Shown here piece after piece: positions 26,509 to 30,415 of a DNA stretch of 30,415 nucleotides. The notes under the pieces were generated by a model. The model saw nothing but the letters and a program-made list of their open reading frames with translations, was not told the origin of the DNA and made no database searches. Positions within the stretch are counted from its first letter, which is position 1. Each line of letters starts with the position of its first letter. This DNA is from an archaeon (lineage in GTDB: Archaea > Iainarchaeota > Iainarchaeia > Iainarchaeales > 0-14-0-20-34-12). Position numbers and translations under genes: made by a program. The stretch lies in NCBI GenBank assembly GCA_038046645.1, contig JBBSVU010000006.1:138681-169095 (forward strand), read 5' to 3'.

Positions 26509-26612
26509 TCCCAAGAAATGGCTTTATTCAAACGAATAAAATTGTTAATTACATATTTCAACTACAAGTAATATTTCAAAATTAATTAGGATTGTTATAT
26601 TTTAGGGAATTG

Positions 26613-27413
26613 TTATTCTAGTGCTGAATTGCTTTCAACAAAAGTCTGTACCTTTTCATTTATCTGCTTCCTTTTTACATAAAAACCCCCGAGGATGGCA
26701 ATTAATATGACTGCTAGAATAATCTTAATTTCCTGACTTACATTATCCATAAAATTTTTGAATGCAAGGGAAATGCTTACTGACGGAGCTATTTCTTTCC
26801 AATAAGTGTATTTCAAGCTTAAATTACTTATCTCTTTCAAACCTTCCCATTTGATTATAAAATATGATTCATCAGAGCCGAGTGTAGCATCAGGGCTTAT
26901 ATCTTTTTTTTCAGCAGTTGATTTTGATGGCAGCATAAAATAAATCTCAGTGTTTGCAGGAATTTTATAAAATGGCTTCTCCAGAAAGCTATTGAAGTAG
27001 TTTTTTTTCAATTCATAATCTACTGATCTTGATGTTTCCACCTTTTTTGAAACAATCGGCTCTTGCAATGCATATTCCATCTGCAAATATTTATTCTCAT
27101 TCTCAACAAAAGCAATAGACCCACTTAACGGCAGTATATCCTTTTTTGTCCCTATATGAATTTTTATTTTTGGGTCAAAACTCGCCCAAGAATCTAGGCT
27201 TACGCCTAATTCATCCTTCTTTACCTTAAAATTATCCAATTGTTTTTGTGAAGTAAAGTTAAGCACGAATTTTTCAGTAACTGTTGCATTCCCTGTTTCA
27301 TTTATATTTATGAAAATCTGGTGCATTGAAATATTGTAATAAGGAACAGCATTTATTCCGTTGAAAAATGCAGTAACAAATGCAAGCAAAAGAAATATTT
27401 TCCAAAAATTCAT
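26613..27413 (-). CDS. Hypothetical surface protein (signal peptide plus C-terminal TM anchor)
   Basis: Probable start MNFWKIFLLLAF, beta-rich ectodomain (ININETGNATVTEKF), C-terminal TM followed by KRK. Confidence 0.75.
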   Translation of the reverse strand: MNFWKIFLLLAFVTAFFNGINAVPYYNISMHQIFININETGNATVTEKFVLNFTSQKQLDNFKVKKDELGVSLDSWASFDPKIKIHIGTKKDILPLSGSIAFVENENKYLQMEYALQEPIVSKKVETSRSVDYELKKNYFNSFLEKPFYKIPANTEIYFMLPSKSTAEKKDISPDATLGSDESYFIIKWEGLKEISNLSLKYTYWKEIAPSVSISLAFKNFMDNVSQEIKIILAVILIAILGGFYVKRKQINEKVQTFVESNSALE

Positions 27414-27547
27414 ATAACCAAAGTATATATGTGTTCCTAGTTTTTTAATCATTTCTTTTGGGAAAAAGATTTTTCTGAAGTAAATTAATGCTTCACAATA
27501 CAGCTTGCTTATAAACGTATTCTCCTACTATTTTATTGGGTGTAGGT

Positions 27548-28237
27548 ATGTATGAGGTCCAATACTTGGGACATTCATTCTTTAAGGTAAAGTTTCCTAA
27601 GGTAACTGTGCTTATTGACCCTTACATTAAGTTGGAAACAAACTCAAAGGACTTCACTAGGCTAATAAAATGCCCGGTTTCAGAAAAACACCTTAAGGAT
27701 ACTGACCTTATTCTCGTAACCCATGAACATTTTGACCATTTTGACCATCAGGCGATTGAAGATATAGCCAAAAACAACAAATCTTTAGTTGGTTCTTCAT
27801 CAGAAATCCTGAATCAGTTAAAAATATCCCCCAGCCTCAAGATTCAGCTTGAGCCGAATAAGACTTTCAAGCTAAGGGGATTAAGCGTTAAGCCAATTTC
27901 AGTGCATCATCCAACCTCTTTCTGCCCCATGGGCTATTCAGTAGGTGATGAAAATTTTACAGTATTCCATTCAGGCGATACACAATTAATGGATTCTTTA
28001 AAAAGCATTAAGGCGGATATTGCATTTCTCCCAATCGGTGGTGGAAATATGACAATGGATGTTGTTGATGCTGTCCGTACAGTAAAAATGATGAAGCCCA
28101 AGTATGCTATCCCTATGCATTACAATACATTCAAAATGATTAAAGCCCAGCCATTAGAATTCAAGGAAAAAATAGATAAAAGCATCATTCCTACTAAACC
28201 CCTAATTATGAAAGTCGGGGAAACAATTAAGTTTTGA
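27548..28237 (+). CDS. Metallo-beta-lactamase-fold hydrolase (UPF0173/UlaG-like)
   Basis: YLGHSFF, LIDPY, THEHFDH, FHSGDT, LPIGG and IPMHYNTF. Confidence 0.92.
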   Translation: MYEVQYLGHSFFKVKFPKVTVLIDPYIKLETNSKDFTRLIKCPVSEKHLKDTDLILVTHEHFDHFDHQAIEDIAKNNKSLVGSSSEILNQLKISPSLKIQLEPNKTFKLRGLSVKPISVHHPTSFCPMGYSVGDENFTVFHSGDTQLMDSLKSIKADIAFLPIGGGNMTMDVVDAVRTVKMMKPKYAIPMHYNTFKMIKAQPLEFKEKIDKSIIPTKPLIMKVGETIKF

Positions 28238-28291
28238 AAAAGTTCTATTTAAAAAACCAAAAACATATTATCCTAATTGAGGTTAGCCCTT

Positions 28292-28741
28292 ATGAAGCCA
28301 AGGAACAGGCCTAAAATAAGAAAAAGGCAAGAAGCAGCTAGGAAAAGTGTTAATCCTGCAAAACGTTGGTCCGAATTAGGTAGTTTGCAAGCCAAATCAT
28401 TTCAGGAAACCCAACTATTATTGGCAGAATTAGAAGCTAGAACCCCTGCGATAGAAGTAAAGGTTAATGCTAAAACTATCTCTAAAAAAGAAACTTTGGA
28501 TTTCTTAGATTTAAGAAAAAGATTTTTGAAGAATTCAATGAATGGCTGGTTGATTCAGGATGAAATGGCTGGGCTATTATCAGATGCAGCAGCGATGCAA
28601 GCTGCAAAGGCTAAAGCATTGCAAGCCCTTTCAAGAAGAAGACATTTGTTGGAATTGGTCGAAAAAGCTGAAGTAAGAATAACTGCTGGCGAAGATATAT
28701 CTACAGTTCTGACAGAAATGCAAGAAGAATATGCTGCATAA
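28292..28741 (+). CDS. Hypothetical helical protein with basic N-terminus
   Basis: ATG 28292 after SD GAGGT; MKPRNRPKIRKRQEAARK. Confidence 0.65.
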   Translation: MKPRNRPKIRKRQEAARKSVNPAKRWSELGSLQAKSFQETQLLLAELEARTPAIEVKVNAKTISKKETLDFLDLRKRFLKNSMNGWLIQDEMAGLLSDAAAMQAAKAKALQALSRRRHLLELVEKAEVRITAGEDISTVLTEMQEEYAA

Positions 28742-28773
28742 TTTTTATCAAGAAATGAATTGCTTTATTATTT

Positions 28774-29691
28774 TTAAATCATAGGAAGCTTATGCCTTCT
28801 TGCAACTTTATTCAGAATGTCTGTAGCAAATCGATGATTTAATGAGTATTTAGCACATACTGCTACCCGTAAGTTATGCGCAGAGTTTTCCCAAATTTTT
28901 GCATCATTTTCTTGGCTTGGATATAAGATATCCAAATCCTGTACAAAAACCTTTACTGATCTATCCTGCAAGGTAATTCCATTAAAAGCATCTACTCTTC
29001 CCCATCTGCGATAATCATAAGTACCACCTAATTCCAATTTTGCTTTTGTTAATAAAACTAATTGTTCTGCAGTTTCCCTGAAAACTGCTTGTTCTTTTTC
29101 ATCGCGCAAATCCATGTCATGGATAAACTCATCAGATGGCAAGAATTTTGTATAAACCACTTTTTTTCTTTGACCTGACAAATCCTCACTCTCCCCAACC
29201 TTTATGAACGGTTCCATTACAATATAGCGTTCTATTTCTTCATGCCCTTTTGAAATTTCAAAATAAGCCATTTTAGGGTGGGGTACCCCGCTTCTTTTAA
29301 GCCTTGCAATTATTTCAGGCATTTGCTGCGAATATGTGCCTGAAACAAATTTATGAAATTGTTTTACCACAATCCTTTCAGAAGAAGCTTTTCCCTTAAA
29401 CTTTATCTTCCCCCAAAAGATAGCTCCATATCCCCCCTTAGCTTGTTTTCTCCCAAAAGGATCTAGGAAAACGTTATCCCATACCCTAATCCATTCAACA
29501 TTCTCTAAAGTAAAAGGCTTTCTTTGCCCTCTTTCTACAATCTCCCTTGGAACAGGTACTGCATTAGGATTTTTGTAAATTATCTCTCCTTTTCTTTTTC
29601 CTTTTGGAAACCTTGCCTTCCTAGCTATCCCTTTTTTTGCTCTCCAAGCTTTTACTCTTTTACTTGTAGAATGTCTTCTTATTGATGGCAT
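28774..29691 (-). CDS. Divergent protein-kinase-like protein with basic N-terminal extension
   Basis: KGGYGAIF (Gly loop), IVVK, HPKM, YIVMEP, RVDAFN and VQDLD appear in kinase subdomain order. Confidence 0.6.
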   Translation of the reverse strand: MPSIRRHSTSKRVKAWRAKKGIARKARFPKGKRKGEIIYKNPNAVPVPREIVERGQRKPFTLENVEWIRVWDNVFLDPFGRKQAKGGYGAIFWGKIKFKGKASSERIVVKQFHKFVSGTYSQQMPEIIARLKRSGVPHPKMAYFEISKGHEEIERYIVMEPFIKVGESEDLSGQRKKVVYTKFLPSDEFIHDMDLRDEKEQAVFRETAEQLVLLTKAKLELGGTYDYRRWGRVDAFNGITLQDRSVKVFVQDLDILYPSQENDAKIWENSAHNLRVAVCAKYSLNHRFATDILNKVARRHKLPMI

Positions 29692-29716
29692 AAAGAATTA
29701 TCTATGAAGTAGTAAT

Positions 29717-30415
29717 TTAAGCATTCTTATTTGCTTTTTCCAAATCTTCCAAAGAGCCAATATCTAAAATTTTTTCTTCACACTTTACAAAGCCAATTTT
29801 TTTCTTTTCTTTCAAAAGAATTTTTATTGAATCAGTAATTTCGTATTCATTCCTCAATCCATTTTTTTCAGTCTTTTCAATCGTATCAAAAATCTTTTCA
29901 TTGAATTTATACACACCAGCATTCACTAGATTGCTTTTAGGTTTTTCAGGCTTTTCTTCCAAACCCAAAACTGCATTTCTTTTTTCATCAATTTCCACTA
30001 CCCCAAACCTTTCCGGATTTTTTTCTTCCCGCACAAGCAGAACAGCATCAAATTTCTTTTTTGCAATCAATTCTTCCAAGCATTTTTCCGGAACAATTAC
30101 ATCAGCGGAACATACAATAAAATCATCGTCGAAGAAGTTCTCACTAAGCTGAATTGCCTTTGCAGTTCCATTTGCTTCTTTCTGTTCAACATACTGCAAT
30201 TTCATTCCTTTGAATTCACTTCCAAATCTTTCCACAATCTTTTCTTTCAAATAGCCTACAACCAAAACACATTCTTCAATTCCTGCTTTTTCGCACCCTT
30301 CCAGTACATGCTCAAGTAAAGGTTTGTTCTTAAGAAGCACCATTGCCTTTGGCATTTCATTAGTTAACGGTCGCATCCGTTTTCCCAAACCAGCTGCAAG
30401 AATTAATGCTTTCAT
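29717..30415 (-). CDS. Sugar-phosphate nucleotidyltransferase (RmlA/GlmU N-domain family)
   Basis: ILAAGLGKRMRPLT..PK, EQKEANGTAKA, EEKP, NAGVY and EYEITD. Confidence 0.93.
   Translation of the reverse strand: MKALILAAGLGKRMRPLTNEMPKAMVLLKNKPLLEHVLEGCEKAGIEECVLVVGYLKEKIVERFGSEFKGMKLQYVEQKEANGTAKAIQLSENFFDDDFIVCSADVIVPEKCLEELIAKKKFDAVLLVREEKNPERFGVVEIDEKRNAVLGLEEKPEKPKSNLVNAGVYKFNEKIFDTIEKTEKNGLRNEYEITDSIKILLKEKKKIGFVKCEEKILDIGSLEDLEKANKNA

Overview
AT-rich archaeal chromosomal segment. The gene set (Orc1/Cdc6, RFC-S and RFC-L, Cdc48, topoisomerase IA, Nob1, archaeal-type PheS/PheT and YchF, class III signal peptide proteins), the compact layout and several TATA boxes about 25 nt before start codons suggest a DPANN archaeon, possibly Diapherotrites/Iainarchaeota (inference). 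Core housekeeping genes surround a probable replication origin upstream of cdc6 (about 15260-15717). The most unusual signals are: (1) double-hairpin elements on both sides of cdc6 that vary in sequence but keep the same structure, one apparently inserted into a ~27-bp periodic array and one nested inside another; (2) a ~45-bp TA-flanked MITE-like family with 5 copies, two of which supply gene stop codons; (3) a candidate ~125-nt structured ncRNA at 7245-7370; (4) three orphan proteins with very basic N-terminal leaders, including a divergent kinase-like protein and a multi-HTH protein; (5) a 2+2 set of paralogous small membrane proteins; (6) six class III (pilin-like) signal peptide genes; (7) an N-terminally truncated Rqc2/NFACT gene next to cdc48. 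All calls were made by eye, with no database searches.
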